From assembly GCA_049325515.1 (NCBI GenBank), contig JBMOLI010000001.1, positions 577,171 to 641,170 on the forward strand: 64,000 bases of DNA. The letters run 5' to 3'. A program made the translations under genes and the position numbers. The notes below the pieces were generated by a model that was not told the DNA's origin, made no database searches, and saw nothing but the letters and a program-made list of their open reading frames with translations. Positions 18,541 to 29,761 of this stretch are shown here, one piece after another. How positions within the stretch are numbered: the first letter of the stretch is position 1; the number at the start of each line of letters is the position of its first letter. The stretch is from Actinomycetota bacterium. GTDB lineage: Bacteria > Actinomycetota > Acidimicrobiia > Acidimicrobiales > VFJN01.

Positions 18541-19470
18541 GTGCTCACGATGGACATGCGCCAGCTGACGGCACTTCTGGCGGTGGCCGAGGCGGGAAGC
18601 TTCTCCGCTGCGGCCCGCGCGCTCCACACGGTGCAATCGAATATCTCCACGCACATCGCCCATCTCGAGCGCGAGCTGGGCGTGACCTTGGTCGACCGCG
18701 CCAGTGGCCGGCTCACCCACGAGGGCCAGGTCGTCGCCGACCGTGCGCGCCACATCCAAGTCGAGATGGAGGCCATCTCCGCCGACGTTGCCGCGTTGCG
18801 CGACGTCGTCACCGGGAGCGTGCGCCTCGGCTGCATCGGTACGGTCGGGCGCTGGCTGGTACCGCTCGTGCTCGACCGCCTCACCAACGAGCACCCCAGG
18901 ATCCACCTCGTGATCGTCGATGCCACGACCACCTCACTCGTCCCGCAGCTGCTCACCGACAACCTCGACCTGGCTGTGGTGAACCTTCCTGTCGGCGACC
19001 CAGGCCTCGTATCCAGACCGCTCTTCGACGAAGACCGCGTGGTGATCGCACCCACCGGCCACCCGCTCGCCGGGCGGGGCACGGTCTCGCTGCGCGAGCT
19101 GAGCGAGCACGACCTTCTGCTCGAACCGGTCGGCACCTCGTTTCGCGACGAGCTCGATGCCGAGGCAGCCGCGGCCGGCACGACCCTCAGGGCCTTCGCC
19201 GAGGTAGACGGCCTCCGGTTGATCGCCAGCCTCGCCTTCCAGGGGTTCGGCGCCGCCATAGTGCCCTCCACGGCCGCGCCGCCCTGGCTCGAGGGCGACT
19301 GGGATCGCGTCGCTGTCAGCGATCTCACCCGGCGCTCGGTCGGCCTGGCGCAACGTCGCCGCGGGTTGCCATCAGCGCCCGCTCGCGCGGTTCACGACAT
19401 CATCACGCGCGTGGTCGCCGAGGAGGCGGACGGGATCGAGGGCCTCCACCCAGTCGCCGCCGCTCGCTGA
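18541..19470 (+). CDS. LysR family transcriptional regulator
   Basis: MDMRQLTALLAVAEAGSFSAAARALHTVQSNISTHIAHLERELG. The ATG at 18550 (MDMRQL) is the more typical LysR N-terminus than the GTG at 18541. Confidence 0.9.
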   Translation: MLTMDMRQLTALLAVAEAGSFSAAARALHTVQSNISTHIAHLERELGVTLVDRASGRLTHEGQVVADRARHIQVEMEAISADVAALRDVVTGSVRLGCIGTVGRWLVPLVLDRLTNEHPRIHLVIVDATTTSLVPQLLTDNLDLAVVNLPVGDPGLVSRPLFDEDRVVIAPTGHPLAGRGTVSLRELSEHDLLLEPVGTSFRDELDAEAAAAGTTLRAFAEVDGLRLIASLAFQGFGAAIVPSTAAPPWLEGDWDRVAVSDLTRRSVGLAQRRRGLPSAPARAVHDIITRVVAEEADGIEGLHPVAAAR

Positions 19471-19524
19471 CCCTTGCGCTGGCGCGCCGTAACAAACGCG
19501 GCGCTTTGCGGGTCGCAGGGCTGC

Positions 19525-20880
19525 ATGCCCCCCGCGTCCCCGCTGGTACCGATCGCCGCCGACCACCCGGGTTCGCTCTCAGCCGAGCTCGCGACGATCG
19601 CAGGCCGTCAGGTCGTCCTCGTCGAGATCGCGTCGGGCGCACACCGCGGTGCGATCTCGGAAGCCGACGGACACACGTTCGCGGCCGCGGCAACGCACGC
19701 TCTTCGAGCGGGCATCCCCCTGCTCGGCCTCATCTCGTCGAGTGGCGCTGACGTCAACGACGGAGTCGCTGCCCTTCACGGGTGGGGCTCGGCTGCAGCG
19801 GCCCTGGCCCGCTGCTCCGGACGGGTTCCGATCCTGCTGGCGGCGACGGGGCCCGTGCTCTCTGGCCCGGCCTTGCTGCTGGGTCTCGCCGACCAGGTCG
19901 TGATGACCGATGACGCTCACGCCTTCGTGAGCGGTCCTCGCATGGTCGAGACGTTCACTGGGGAGGCGGTCGACGCCACGGATCTGGGAGGCGCAGCGGT
20001 CCATGCCACCTCCACCGGTGTCGCGGCGCTCGTCGTGCCCGACCGAGATGCCGCTCTTGCGGCGCTGGGCGACATCCTCGCCTTCCTCCCGGCCAACGTG
20101 GACGAGGAACCGCCCCGATGGTGGACTGACGACCCGACCGATCGCCCCACCCCAGAGGCGGGCGAGTGCATCCCCGCCTCGCCGACGGGTGGCTACGACG
20201 TGAGGTCGGTCGCTGCAGCCGTCGTCGACGATGGCGAGATCCTCGAGCTGCGCGCGCAGTGGGCACCCAACCTCGTCACCGCGCTGGCGACCGTCGGCGG
20301 TCGCCCCATCGGTGTGCTGGCCAACCAGCCGGTGTCGATCGCCGGGACGCTCGACATCCCGGCATCGCAGAAGGGCGCTCGGTTCGTGGCGTTCTGCGAC
20401 GCCTTCGGCATACCGATCCTCACCCTCATCGACACGCCGGGCTTCTATCCCGGCAAGGACCTCGAGTGGCGCGGGATGATCCGCCACGGGGCTCAGCTGG
20501 CCTTCGCGTACGCGCGAGCCACGGTGCCACGGGTGGCGGTCGTGCTGCGGAAGGCGTACGGCGGTGCCTACATCGTCATGGACTGCCGAGCCCTCGGCAG
20601 CGACCTGTACCTCGCCTGGCCCTCCGCCGAGATCGCGGTGATGGGGGCGAAGGGCGCCGTCGAGGTGCTGCACCGCCGCGAGGCACCGGAGCGCAGGGCC
20701 AAGCTCGAGGCCGAGTACGAAGAGCGGTTCCTCAACCCCTACGTGGCGGCGGACCGCGGGTTCGTGGACGCGGTCATCGACCCTGCCGACACGCGGCGCC
20801 ACATCGCAGCCGCCTTCGAGATGCTCTCCACCAAGCGAGAGACCCTCGTCAGCCGCGCGCACGACAACACTCCGCTGTAG
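19525..20880 (+). CDS. Acyl-CoA carboxylase carboxyltransferase (beta) subunit family protein
   Basis: Internal ATG (residue 18) of track ORF 19474..20880. Carboxyl-transferase blocks: GGAAVHATSTGVA, GVLANQP, LIDTPGFYPGKDLEWRGMIRHGAQL, KAYGGAYIVM. No biotin carboxylase or BCCP gene is nearby. Confidence 0.85.
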   Translation: MPPASPLVPIAADHPGSLSAELATIAGRQVVLVEIASGAHRGAISEADGHTFAAAATHALRAGIPLLGLISSSGADVNDGVAALHGWGSAAAALARCSGRVPILLAATGPVLSGPALLLGLADQVVMTDDAHAFVSGPRMVETFTGEAVDATDLGGAAVHATSTGVAALVVPDRDAALAALGDILAFLPANVDEEPPRWWTDDPTDRPTPEAGECIPASPTGGYDVRSVAAAVVDDGEILELRAQWAPNLVTALATVGGRPIGVLANQPVSIAGTLDIPASQKGARFVAFCDAFGIPILTLIDTPGFYPGKDLEWRGMIRHGAQLAFAYARATVPRVAVVLRKAYGGAYIVMDCRALGSDLYLAWPSAEIAVMGAKGAVEVLHRREAPERRAKLEAEYEERFLNPYVAADRGFVDAVIDPADTRRHIAAAFEMLSTKRETLVSRAHDNTPL

Positions 20881-20950
20881 CCCTGGTCCTGAGTGAGGCC
20901 GAGTCGGGCCGGGCCGGGACCAGCGCGGGGTCGGACTAGCCTCGATCCAC

Positions 20951-22222
<1,272 letters not shown>

Positions 22223-22257
22223 GCATCGCTACGACGCTTTGATGCGAGGCTGAGCGG

Positions 22258-23202
22258 ATGCACGCCGTCACCATCGTCGATGCCGCCCTTGTGTGGACGG
22301 AGCACCCCGATCCTCTGCCTGGGCCCGGCGAGGTGCTGATCGACGTCAGAGCGGCCGGCGTCAGCAACGCCGACCTGCTCCAGCGAGCGGGCTTCTACCC
22401 CCCGCCGCCCGGCGCTCCCATGGACATCCCAGGGCTCGAGGCCGCCGGCGAGGTCATCGCCGTCGGTCCCGGTGCGACACGGTTCGCCGTCGGCGATCGC
22501 GTGATGGCCGTGCTGGCGGGCGGCGGGCAGGCCGAGCGCGTCGTCGTGCACGAGCGCGCAGCGATGCCGATCCCCGCCGGAGTCTCCTGGGAGCAGGCCG
22601 GCGCGCTGCCCGAGAACGTCACGACTGCGCACGACGCCCTGTTCACGCAGTGCGGCCTCGCCATGGGCGCACGCCTCTGCGTGCACGGCGCCGCGGGTGG
22701 CGTCGGGACGGCCGCGGTCCTGCTCGGCAGTCTGGCGGGATCCACCGTGGTCGCCACCGTGCGCGACCCGGCCAAGCGCGACGGGGTGGCATCGCTCGCC
22801 CCGGGCGTGACGGCTCTCGCGCCCGACGCGTTCGTCGCCCATGGACCCTTCGACGTCATCCTCGAGCTGGTCGGCGGCCCGAACCTCCCCTCCGACATCG
22901 ACGCTCTCGCCACCGGTGGCCGCATCTCGATCATCGGCGTGGGGGCGGGAGGCAAGGCAGAGATCAACCTCCTGGCGCTGATGGCCAAGCGCGCGCGCAT
23001 CGTCGCGTCAACCTTGCGCGCTCGCCCGCTCGAGCAGAAGGCGGACGCCGCACGGGCGGTCGAGTCAGCTGTTCTCCCGATGCTGGAGGACGGTCGGCTG
23101 CGACTCCCGATCGCTGCGACCTTCCCCATGGCGGAGGCATCCGCTGCGTACGAGCACTTCGCCAGCGGCGGCAAGCTCGGCAAGATCGTCCTCACCCGCT
23201 GA
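22258..23202 (+). CDS. NAD(P)H:quinone oxidoreductase (MDR, PIG3/zeta-crystallin type)
   Basis: GEVLIDVRAAGVSNADLLQRAGFYPPPPG, VHGAAGGVGTAAV, GKIVL. Confidence 0.85.
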   Translation: MHAVTIVDAALVWTEHPDPLPGPGEVLIDVRAAGVSNADLLQRAGFYPPPPGAPMDIPGLEAAGEVIAVGPGATRFAVGDRVMAVLAGGGQAERVVVHERAAMPIPAGVSWEQAGALPENVTTAHDALFTQCGLAMGARLCVHGAAGGVGTAAVLLGSLAGSTVVATVRDPAKRDGVASLAPGVTALAPDAFVAHGPFDVILELVGGPNLPSDIDALATGGRISIIGVGAGGKAEINLLALMAKRARIVASTLRARPLEQKADAARAVESAVLPMLEDGRLRLPIAATFPMAEASAAYEHFASGGKLGKIVLTR

Positions 23203-23219
23203 CCTTGTAGGTTCGATCG

Positions 23220-24332
23220 GTGGACTTCGACCTGTCGCCAGACCTGCTCGCGCTGCGAGACGAGGCGCTCGAGGTCGGTCGCACTGCGGCCGCGGCCTCC
23301 GCCCTCACGGAGGACACTTGGATCGTCGCCCCCGATCGGGCTTTCTCGATGGAGCTGGCCCGGAGGGGCTGGCTGGGCATGACGTGGCCGGTGGAGGTCG
23401 GGGGCGGCGGTCGCAGCCCCATCGAGCGCTTCGTCGTCTACGAAGCCCTGCTCAGCACAGGAGCGCCGCTCGCCTCCTCCTGGTTCGCAGACCGGCAGAT
23501 GGGCCCCACGTTGCTCCAGTTCGGCACCCGCGAGCAGCAGCAAGCACACCTGCCCAGGATCCTCGACGGCACGTCGGCCTGGAGCATCGGCATGTCCGAG
23601 CCCGACGCCGGATCCGACGTCGCATCGATCCGCACCCGCGCCGTGCTCGACGGAGACCACTTCGTCGTGGACGGCCAGAAGATCTGGAACTCCGGCGCTG
23701 CTTCGGCCGACTGGATCTACCTCGTCTGCCGCACCGACCCCGACGCTCCCGCTCATCAGGGCCTCTCGGAGCTGATCGTCGACATGCGCTCACCCGGGAT
23801 CACCATCAACCCGATCGAGGACATGACGGGCAGCAAGCACTTCTGCGAGGTGTTCTTCGAGGGCGTGCGCGTGCCGGCGGACAACCTGGTGGGCGAGCTG
23901 AACGGCAGCTTCCGCCAGCTGATGCGGCAGATGGAGCACGAGCGCGGTGGGCCCGACCGCCTGCTGTCGAACCGCAAGCTCTACGACGACTGCCTGCCCC
24001 TCGCCGATCGGGCCGACCCGAGGGTGCGCCAGGAGATCGCGGCCATCGAGAGCGGCTACCGCATCGGCCGGCTGCTCGTTCTCCGTGAGGTGCTGGGGCA
24101 GGCGCCCAAGCAGTTCTCCGCTGCGACCAAGACCTTCTGCACCGAGCTCGAGCAGCGCATCGCGCGCTTCTGCGCCGCCACGCTCGGACCGCACGCGCTC
24201 CTTTCTGAGCCCGGCCTCGGCGGGCGGGTCGCCCGAAACGTCTGCTATGCCCCGGCGTATACCATCATGGGCGGAACATCCCAGATCCTCCGGAACATCC
24301 TGGGCGAGAGAGTCCTGGGCCTGCCTCGCTGA
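23220..24332 (+). CDS. Acyl-CoA dehydrogenase family protein
   Basis: 370 aa with a GTG start. ACAD-type blocks: SIGMSEPDAGSD, DGQKIWNSGA, YTIMGGTSQILRNILGERVLGLP. Confidence 0.9.
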   Translation: MDFDLSPDLLALRDEALEVGRTAAAASALTEDTWIVAPDRAFSMELARRGWLGMTWPVEVGGGGRSPIERFVVYEALLSTGAPLASSWFADRQMGPTLLQFGTREQQQAHLPRILDGTSAWSIGMSEPDAGSDVASIRTRAVLDGDHFVVDGQKIWNSGAASADWIYLVCRTDPDAPAHQGLSELIVDMRSPGITINPIEDMTGSKHFCEVFFEGVRVPADNLVGELNGSFRQLMRQMEHERGGPDRLLSNRKLYDDCLPLADRADPRVRQEIAAIESGYRIGRLLVLREVLGQAPKQFSAATKTFCTELEQRIARFCAATLGPHALLSEPGLGGRVARNVCYAPAYTIMGGTSQILRNILGERVLGLPR

Positions 24333-24345
24333 GCGTGCCGCCGCT

Positions 24346-24363
24346 GGGTGACGGGCGTCACCC
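24346..24363 (+). terminator. Stem-loop GGGTGAC-GGGC-GTCACCC downstream of the acyl-CoA dehydrogenase
   Basis: Perfect 7-bp GC-rich stem with a 4-nt loop, 14 nt after the stop codon. A short T-containing tract follows (CGTTTGC). There is no strong U-run, so the call is tentative. Confidence 0.35.
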
Positions 24364-24414
24364 TCTCGCCCGTTTGCAGGGCAAGGCGACGACGATGGCG
24401 AAGAAGACACGACT

Positions 24415-25488
24415 GTGACACGCCGGCTTCGCTCCCCTGCCGCCCGCGCCATCCTCGCCGCAGTCACAGCGGCGTTCGGCGCGCTGCTCCTCGTGAGCGT
24501 CGCCTTCGCCGAGGCCGGCGACGGCATCTCCGCCTCAGGCGCCACCGTCGACAAGGTCGGTTGGTGGCACTCGCGCAACTCGACGACCAGCACGCCGGTC
24601 CAGAACGTCACCGTTCCGCCGCCGCCGGGGGTGCCTGCCGGCACGCTGGCGGTCGGCGCCGTCAACGGTGAGCCCGACCGCATCGCCGCCATCGGGATCC
24701 TGCCCGAGGCGACCACCGGCGACACCATCAAGTCCTTCACCATGTCGATCAAGGAGGCCGGCGCACCGGCCGCCGGGTTCAACGGCGAAGCGGCCAAGAT
24801 CCTGGCCTGCCCGATCACCGCGTTCTGGGTCGGCCGCGAGAACGGCACCTGGGACACGCGCCCCGAGTTCGACTGCGAGCTGGCAAGCGCTCCCGGCACC
24901 CGTGCGCTCGACGGCACCTGGACGTTCGACCTGCAGCCGATCGGTGAGGCCTGGGTCGATCCCGACGGCACGATCGCTCCCGACGGCGTGGTCCTCGTCG
25001 AGGACGTCGAGAGCCCCGAGGGGTTTCAGACCGTTCTCGCCACGAGCGGTGAGGGCGCGATCGTCGTCACGCTCAGCTACGAACCCGGCGGCTCCACCGA
25101 CGGCGGGGACGGCTTCACGGATGGCATCGGCGGTGGCTTCGACGCGACCTCGGGTGGCTTCGACACCCCGTCGTTCGGTTCGGGTGACATCCCGGTGGGG
25201 GGCCTGCCCGATCCCGCGGTCTCGACGCCCCCGCCCGGCGAGACGCCGCAGGATGGAGATCCGGTCGCTCCCGATGTCATCGGCTACACCAGCCCCAACA
25301 TCCTCGGCAACCTGCCCGGCGGGCTCGTGCTCGCCGTCCCCTCGTTCCTCGTGCTGCTCGGCTTGCTGACCTACTCGCTCGGCCCCGCCGGCGAGCCGGC
25401 AGCAGCCACGCGCCAGCGCGGCGTCAGCCGTGCTCTCGCCGCCCGGGCGCGCGCCGCTCATTCCCCCACCTCAACGGAGACCGTGTGA
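24415..25488 (+). CDS. Secreted hypothetical protein with C-terminal membrane anchor; first cistron of the liv-type operon
   Basis: GTG start. Signal peptide (AILAAVTAAFGALLLVSVAFAEA), a Gly/Asp/Thr/Pro-rich stalk and a C-terminal TM (GGLVLAVPSFLVLLGLLTY). Its stop overlaps the next start (TGATG). Confidence 0.6.
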   Translation: MTRRLRSPAARAILAAVTAAFGALLLVSVAFAEAGDGISASGATVDKVGWWHSRNSTTSTPVQNVTVPPPPGVPAGTLAVGAVNGEPDRIAAIGILPEATTGDTIKSFTMSIKEAGAPAAGFNGEAAKILACPITAFWVGRENGTWDTRPEFDCELASAPGTRALDGTWTFDLQPIGEAWVDPDGTIAPDGVVLVEDVESPEGFQTVLATSGEGAIVVTLSYEPGGSTDGGDGFTDGIGGGFDATSGGFDTPSFGSGDIPVGGLPDPAVSTPPPGETPQDGDPVAPDVIGYTSPNILGNLPGGLVLAVPSFLVLLGLLTYSLGPAGEPAAATRQRGVSRALAARARAAHSPTSTETV

Positions 25489-26903
25489 TGAAGAGCACCC
25501 GAACCCGCATCGTTGCGCTGCTGCTTGCGCTGCTGTTCGTCGCTGCAGCCTGTGGCCAGAAGCCCAACGTGGCGCAGGTGGCTGCCGGAGGGGGACTCGG
25601 GCCGGGTGGGGTCATCGATCCAGACACAGGCGAGGTCATCGACCCGAGCACCGGAGAGGTGATCGAGGGTGGCACTGATGGAGGGACCACAGGCGGAAGC
25701 ACCACTGGCGGCAGCGGCGGCACGACCGGCGCCACCGGCGGAACGACCGGAGGAACGGGTTCGACCGGAGGCACCGGAACGGCACCCGGCGCTGGAGATC
25801 GCACCGGTATCACCGACACGGAGATCCGCATCGGCATCCACGCCCCTGTCACCGGGGCGGCCCCCATACCGCAGAGCGCCTTCGAGGAAGGTCGCGAGGT
25901 CTACTGGAAGACGCCGGAGGGCAAGGTCTTCGGGCGCACCGTGAAGGTGTTCTTCGAGGACGACAAGTTCGATCCGTCAACAGCGGTGCAGAAGTGCAAG
26001 AAGATGGTCGAGCAGGACAAGGTGTTCCTGCTGATCGGAGGTGGCGGCGCCGATCAGATCACGGCGTGTGCCAAGTACGCCCAGAGCGTCGGCGTGCCCT
26101 ACCTCTCGGCCGGCGTCAACGAGGCCGGTCTGTCGAACCTGCGCTCCTACTTCGCGCTCTCCACCTCGTACGCGCAGCAGTCGCCGATCCTCACGCAGCT
26201 CATCCAGAAGCGATTCGCCGGCAAGAAGGTCGGCATCGCCGTGGCGGATTCGGGGTCCTTCAACGATGCCTACGCCAGCATCAAGCAAGCCTTCGACCAA
26301 GCCGGCTTCACGATCGCCTACAACCAACGCATCCCCAAGAGCGCCAATGCAGGCGACGGAGCCAACATCGCCGAGGCGATGCGCCAGAGTGGCGCCGAGG
26401 TCATCTACTTCCTCTCCAGCCCCACCACGTTCCTCTACGTGGCTTCAGCCCTCAACCCGACCTACAGCCCGCAGTTCGTGGGCCCGGGCATCACGAGCGG
26501 CTTGCAGACCGTCGCCGAGATCGGCTGCGAGGGCCGCGGCGGTGTCGACAAGGCGATCTTCCTCAGCCCCTTCCCGCAGCTCGACAAGATCGACCAAGTC
26601 GATCCCGGCTACCAGAAGGCCTACCGGGAGCAGCTGGGCGAGGACGGCGGGGATCTAGGGCTCGCCCTGTGGGGCCTGAGCAAGCAGCTCAAGACGATGT
26701 TCGACGCCGCTGGCAAGGACATGACCCGCGAGAGCTTCGTCACCACCGTCGAGAGCGGCGCGAAGTTCGCGGGCGGCGTCTACCCGCCCGTTGCCTACTC
26801 GTCACGCAACCACTTCGGTGGGTCTCAGGTCTGGGCGCTGCAGGCCGACTGCGGCTCGTCAACCTTCAAGACCATCACCCCGGCCCCGGTCAGCGGCTTC
26901 TAG
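25488..26903 (+). CDS. ABC transporter substrate-binding lipoprotein (branched-chain amino acid / LivJ family)
   Basis: Lipobox (LLFVAAACGQ), a long Gly/Thr linker, then periplasmic-binding type I blocks (IGIHAPVTGAA, VFLLIGGGG). The ATG at 25488 is preferred over the GTG at 25485. Confidence 0.9.
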   Translation: MKSTRTRIVALLLALLFVAAACGQKPNVAQVAAGGGLGPGGVIDPDTGEVIDPSTGEVIEGGTDGGTTGGSTTGGSGGTTGATGGTTGGTGSTGGTGTAPGAGDRTGITDTEIRIGIHAPVTGAAPIPQSAFEEGREVYWKTPEGKVFGRTVKVFFEDDKFDPSTAVQKCKKMVEQDKVFLLIGGGGADQITACAKYAQSVGVPYLSAGVNEAGLSNLRSYFALSTSYAQQSPILTQLIQKRFAGKKVGIAVADSGSFNDAYASIKQAFDQAGFTIAYNQRIPKSANAGDGANIAEAMRQSGAEVIYFLSSPTTFLYVASALNPTYSPQFVGPGITSGLQTVAEIGCEGRGGVDKAIFLSPFPQLDKIDQVDPGYQKAYREQLGEDGGDLGLALWGLSKQLKTMFDAAGKDMTRESFVTTVESGAKFAGGVYPPVAYSSRNHFGGSQVWALQADCGSSTFKTITPAPVSGF

Positions 26904-27808
26904 TGGTCATCGCGATCGCGCTGAGCGAGCTCAGCAGCATCCTCGTGCTGGGCGTCACCAATGGCGCCATCTACAGCCTCGTCGCGATCGGACTCGTGCT
27001 CGTCTACAAGGCGAGCGGCGTCTTCAACTTCGCGCAAGGCGAGTTCGGCACCGTGGCGATCTACGGCGCCTACGCGACCTTCTCGATCTTCCACCTGCCA
27101 TACGGCCTGGGCCTCGTTCTCGGGCTGGCGGGCGCGGTGGCCATGGGGCTCCTCACAGAGCGCTTGGTGATCCGTCCGCTGTTCGATGCGCCACGCGTCA
27201 CGCTGCTGGTGGCCACCGCCGGCGTGGCGCTCCTCGCCATCGGCGTGCAGTTCTGGCGCACGGCGAACAGCCCGCTCAAGTACCTCGACAGCATCGTGAA
27301 CAGCTCCGGCAGCCTCGATCGCGTCTCGCCCTTCGGCGTCGCAGTCTCCGACCAGAAGCTGATCACGCTCTTCGTGCTCGTGGTCGCGGCGGTCCTGCTC
27401 TTCCTGTTCTTCCGCTCGCCCCTCGGCCTGGCCGTGCTGGCTGCAAGCCAGGAACCGGTGGCCTCCGAGCTCGTCGGGGTGAGCGTGAAGCGCGTCTCGA
27501 CGATCACCTGGGGCTTGGCGGCCCTCCTCGGTGGCGCGGCGGGGTTGCTCTACGCAGGCGGGTCCCAGTTCAGCCCCGGCGTCATCACCGCCGCCGTGCT
27601 GATCCCTGGGTTCACCGCTGCGATCGTGGGCGGCATCACGAGCCTTCCCGGCGCAGCGGCTGGAGGGATCCTCATCGGGATCCTTCAAGCCCTCGGCGGG
27701 CTGAGCACCTTCGAGTCGATCAAGGGAGCGTCGTTCGTCTCGGTCTTCGTCGTGCTCCTCGTCGTGCTGCTCGTACGCCCCCAGGGCCTGTTCGCGAGTC
27801 GCAGCTGA
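26903..27808 (+). CDS. livH: Branched-chain amino acid ABC transporter permease (LivH type)
   Basis: In-frame GTG at 26903 overlaps the upstream stop. NGAIYSLVAIGLVLVYKASGVFNFAQGEF is the LivH N-terminal signature. The long N-terminal extension of track ORF 25994..27808 is spurious. Confidence 0.9.
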   Translation: MVIAIALSELSSILVLGVTNGAIYSLVAIGLVLVYKASGVFNFAQGEFGTVAIYGAYATFSIFHLPYGLGLVLGLAGAVAMGLLTERLVIRPLFDAPRVTLLVATAGVALLAIGVQFWRTANSPLKYLDSIVNSSGSLDRVSPFGVAVSDQKLITLFVLVVAAVLLFLFFRSPLGLAVLAASQEPVASELVGVSVKRVSTITWGLAALLGGAAGLLYAGGSQFSPGVITAAVLIPGFTAAIVGGITSLPGAAAGGILIGILQALGGLSTFESIKGASFVSVFVVLLVVLLVRPQGLFASRS

Positions 27809-28953
27809 TGGCGATCCAAGAGAAGACCGACGCACCGACGAGCGCGTCCGAGGTCGACGACACGGTCCTCGAGTCGGCTCTCGCTACCTCCGGTCCTACG
27901 ACCGCCGGCTGGGTGGGACGCGTGGCGGCCGGCCTCCTGATCGCCTGGGTGGTGCTCTGCTACCCGACCAACGTGCTCTCGCCCTTCACGGTCGGGGGCG
28001 TGGAGGCCAACGCAGCAAGCGAGGCGGTCATCTTCGCCGTCATCGGCCTCTCACTGAACGTGCTGATCGGCTACGTCGGCACGATCTCGTTGGGGCACCA
28101 GGCGTTCGTGGGCATCGGAGCGTTCACCTCGGCCTACGTCGTCACCGAGATGGGTCAGGAGTTCCTGATCGCGGCGCTGGTGGCCGCGCTCGTGGGCGCG
28201 GCGCAGGCGGCGCTGCTCGGCGCTGTGTCGTTGCGCGTCACCGGGTTGTACTTCGGTCTGATCACGCTCAGCTACGGGATCATGACCCAGGAGAGCATCT
28301 TCCAGGTCGAGTCCCTCACGGGCGGCACCGCTGGACAGGCCGCGCCCCGGCCACTCGGCTTCGAGAGCGACTTCCGCTACTACTACCTGTGCCTCATCGT
28401 GCTGGCGCTCGTCATCTTCCTCGACTGGCGCCTCATCGCCACCAAGGGCGGCCGGGCGCTGCTCGCTCTCCGGGAGAACCCGCGCGTCGCGGCCACCTGG
28501 GGCATCAACGTCAAGGCCTACACGGTGCTCGCCTTTGGCGTCTCGGGGCTGTTCGCCGGGCTGGGCGGCGCCCTGCTCGCGCACCGCGACCTCAACGTCG
28601 TCGCCAACCCCTTCGACTTCCGGCTCGCCCTCGTCTTCATCATGATGACGGTGATCGGGGGCCTGAGGAACCGGGCAGGCGTGGTCGCCGGAAGCGCCTT
28701 CTTCGCGCTGCTCCGCAACGGCGAGCTGCTCGAGATCTTCCACGTCGACAACCTCTTCGCCAAGGAGCCGATCAGCCTCACTGCCGAGGTGCTGCCGCTG
28801 GTGCTCGGCCCGGTGCTGCTGCTCCTGACGATCACACTGTTCCCCGGCGGCTTCGGCCAGCTCACGAACACCGTCGGGCGCTGGCTGCGCGGAGGCCCCT
28901 TCCGGTTCGTGAAGGCCGAGAAGGAGGTGCAGGTCACAGATGTCCGTGCCTGA
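27808..28953 (+). CDS. livM: Branched-chain amino acid ABC transporter permease (LivM type)
   Basis: The ATG at 27808 overlaps the livH stop (TGATG). The protein is polytopic, with GYVGTISLGHQAFVGIGAF. The N-terminal part of track ORF 26791..28953 is spurious. Confidence 0.9.
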   Translation: MAIQEKTDAPTSASEVDDTVLESALATSGPTTAGWVGRVAAGLLIAWVVLCYPTNVLSPFTVGGVEANAASEAVIFAVIGLSLNVLIGYVGTISLGHQAFVGIGAFTSAYVVTEMGQEFLIAALVAALVGAAQAALLGAVSLRVTGLYFGLITLSYGIMTQESIFQVESLTGGTAGQAAPRPLGFESDFRYYYLCLIVLALVIFLDWRLIATKGGRALLALRENPRVAATWGINVKAYTVLAFGVSGLFAGLGGALLAHRDLNVVANPFDFRLALVFIMMTVIGGLRNRAGVVAGSAFFALLRNGELLEIFHVDNLFAKEPISLTAEVLPLVLGPVLLLLTITLFPGGFGQLTNTVGRWLRGGPFRFVKAEKEVQVTDVRA

Positions 28954-29761
28954 CGCCCTGACAGCGGCTCCCTCCGACGACCGCACCACGCTCCTCCAGA
29001 CCGACGACGTCTCGATCCGCTTCGGCGGCGTGCAGGCGCTGCGTGACGTCAACATCCGCATCGACGAGTGGGAGATCGTCGGGATCATCGGCCCCAACGG
29101 CGCCGGCAAGACGACCCTGTTCAACTGCATCACCGGGTTCTATTCACCCACGTCCGGGCGGGTCCGGTACCGGGGCCAGGACGTCACCGACCTTCCCGTC
29201 CACAAGCGGGCCAACCTCGGGATGGGCCGCACGTTCCAGAACGTCGGGCTCGTGAAGGGCTCCACCGCCGGGCAGAACCTGAAGACCGCGCAGCACCTCG
29301 AGGTTGGCTACGACCCGCTGGCCGGGATCTTCGGCTCACCCAAGACCTTCGAGGTGGAGCGCCACATCACCGAGCGGGCACGAGCGATCCTCGACCTCAT
29401 GGGGCTCTCCCACCTCGAGGACACCCGCGTGCAGGGCCTCCCCTACGGCGTGCTCAAGCGCCTCGAGCTGGCGGCCGTGCTGGCCACCGACCCCGACATC
29501 CTGCTCCTCGACGAACCGGGTTCGGGGATGGGACCCGAGGAGGCTGAGGATCTGGGCGATCTGCTCCTGAAGCTGCGCGAGGAGTTCGAGCTCACGATCG
29601 TGATGATCGACCACCACGTGCCGCTCGTGACGCGCATCTCCGACTACGTGTACTGCCTCAACTTCGGCGAGGTGCTGGCGGAAGGGCTGCCCGACGAAGT
29701 GCGGCGCCATCCCGAGGTCGTGCGCGCCTACCTCGGCGACGATCCGGACCAGGTGGCCTGA
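28940..29761 (+). CDS. livG: ABC transporter ATP-binding protein (LivG type)
   Basis: Walker A GPNGAGKTT, Walker B LLLDEPGSGM, and the LivG-specific C-terminal region. Confidence 0.93.
   Translation: MSVPDALTAAPSDDRTTLLQTDDVSIRFGGVQALRDVNIRIDEWEIVGIIGPNGAGKTTLFNCITGFYSPTSGRVRYRGQDVTDLPVHKRANLGMGRTFQNVGLVKGSTAGQNLKTAQHLEVGYDPLAGIFGSPKTFEVERHITERARAILDLMGLSHLEDTRVQGLPYGVLKRLELAAVLATDPDILLLDEPGSGMGPEEAEDLGDLLLKLREEFELTIVMIDHHVPLVTRISDYVYCLNFGEVLAEGLPDEVRRHPEVVRAYLGDDPDQVA

Noticed and set aside
25290-25400. Possible sortase LPXTG sorting signal in the secreted protein (NLPGGLVLAV... + TM + basic tail).
   Set aside because: The sequence reads LPGG, not LPXTG. Only the generic TM-plus-basic-tail architecture is present, so I call it a C-terminal membrane anchor only.
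25994-28953. Very long track ORFs 25994..27808 (604 aa) and 26791..28953 (720 aa), suggesting giant fused permeases.
   Set aside because: Only the C-terminal portions are hydrophobic LivH- and LivM-like sequence. The N-terminal parts are Arg-rich out-of-frame readings of the upstream genes. Internal starts at 26903 and 27808 coincide with the upstream stop codons.
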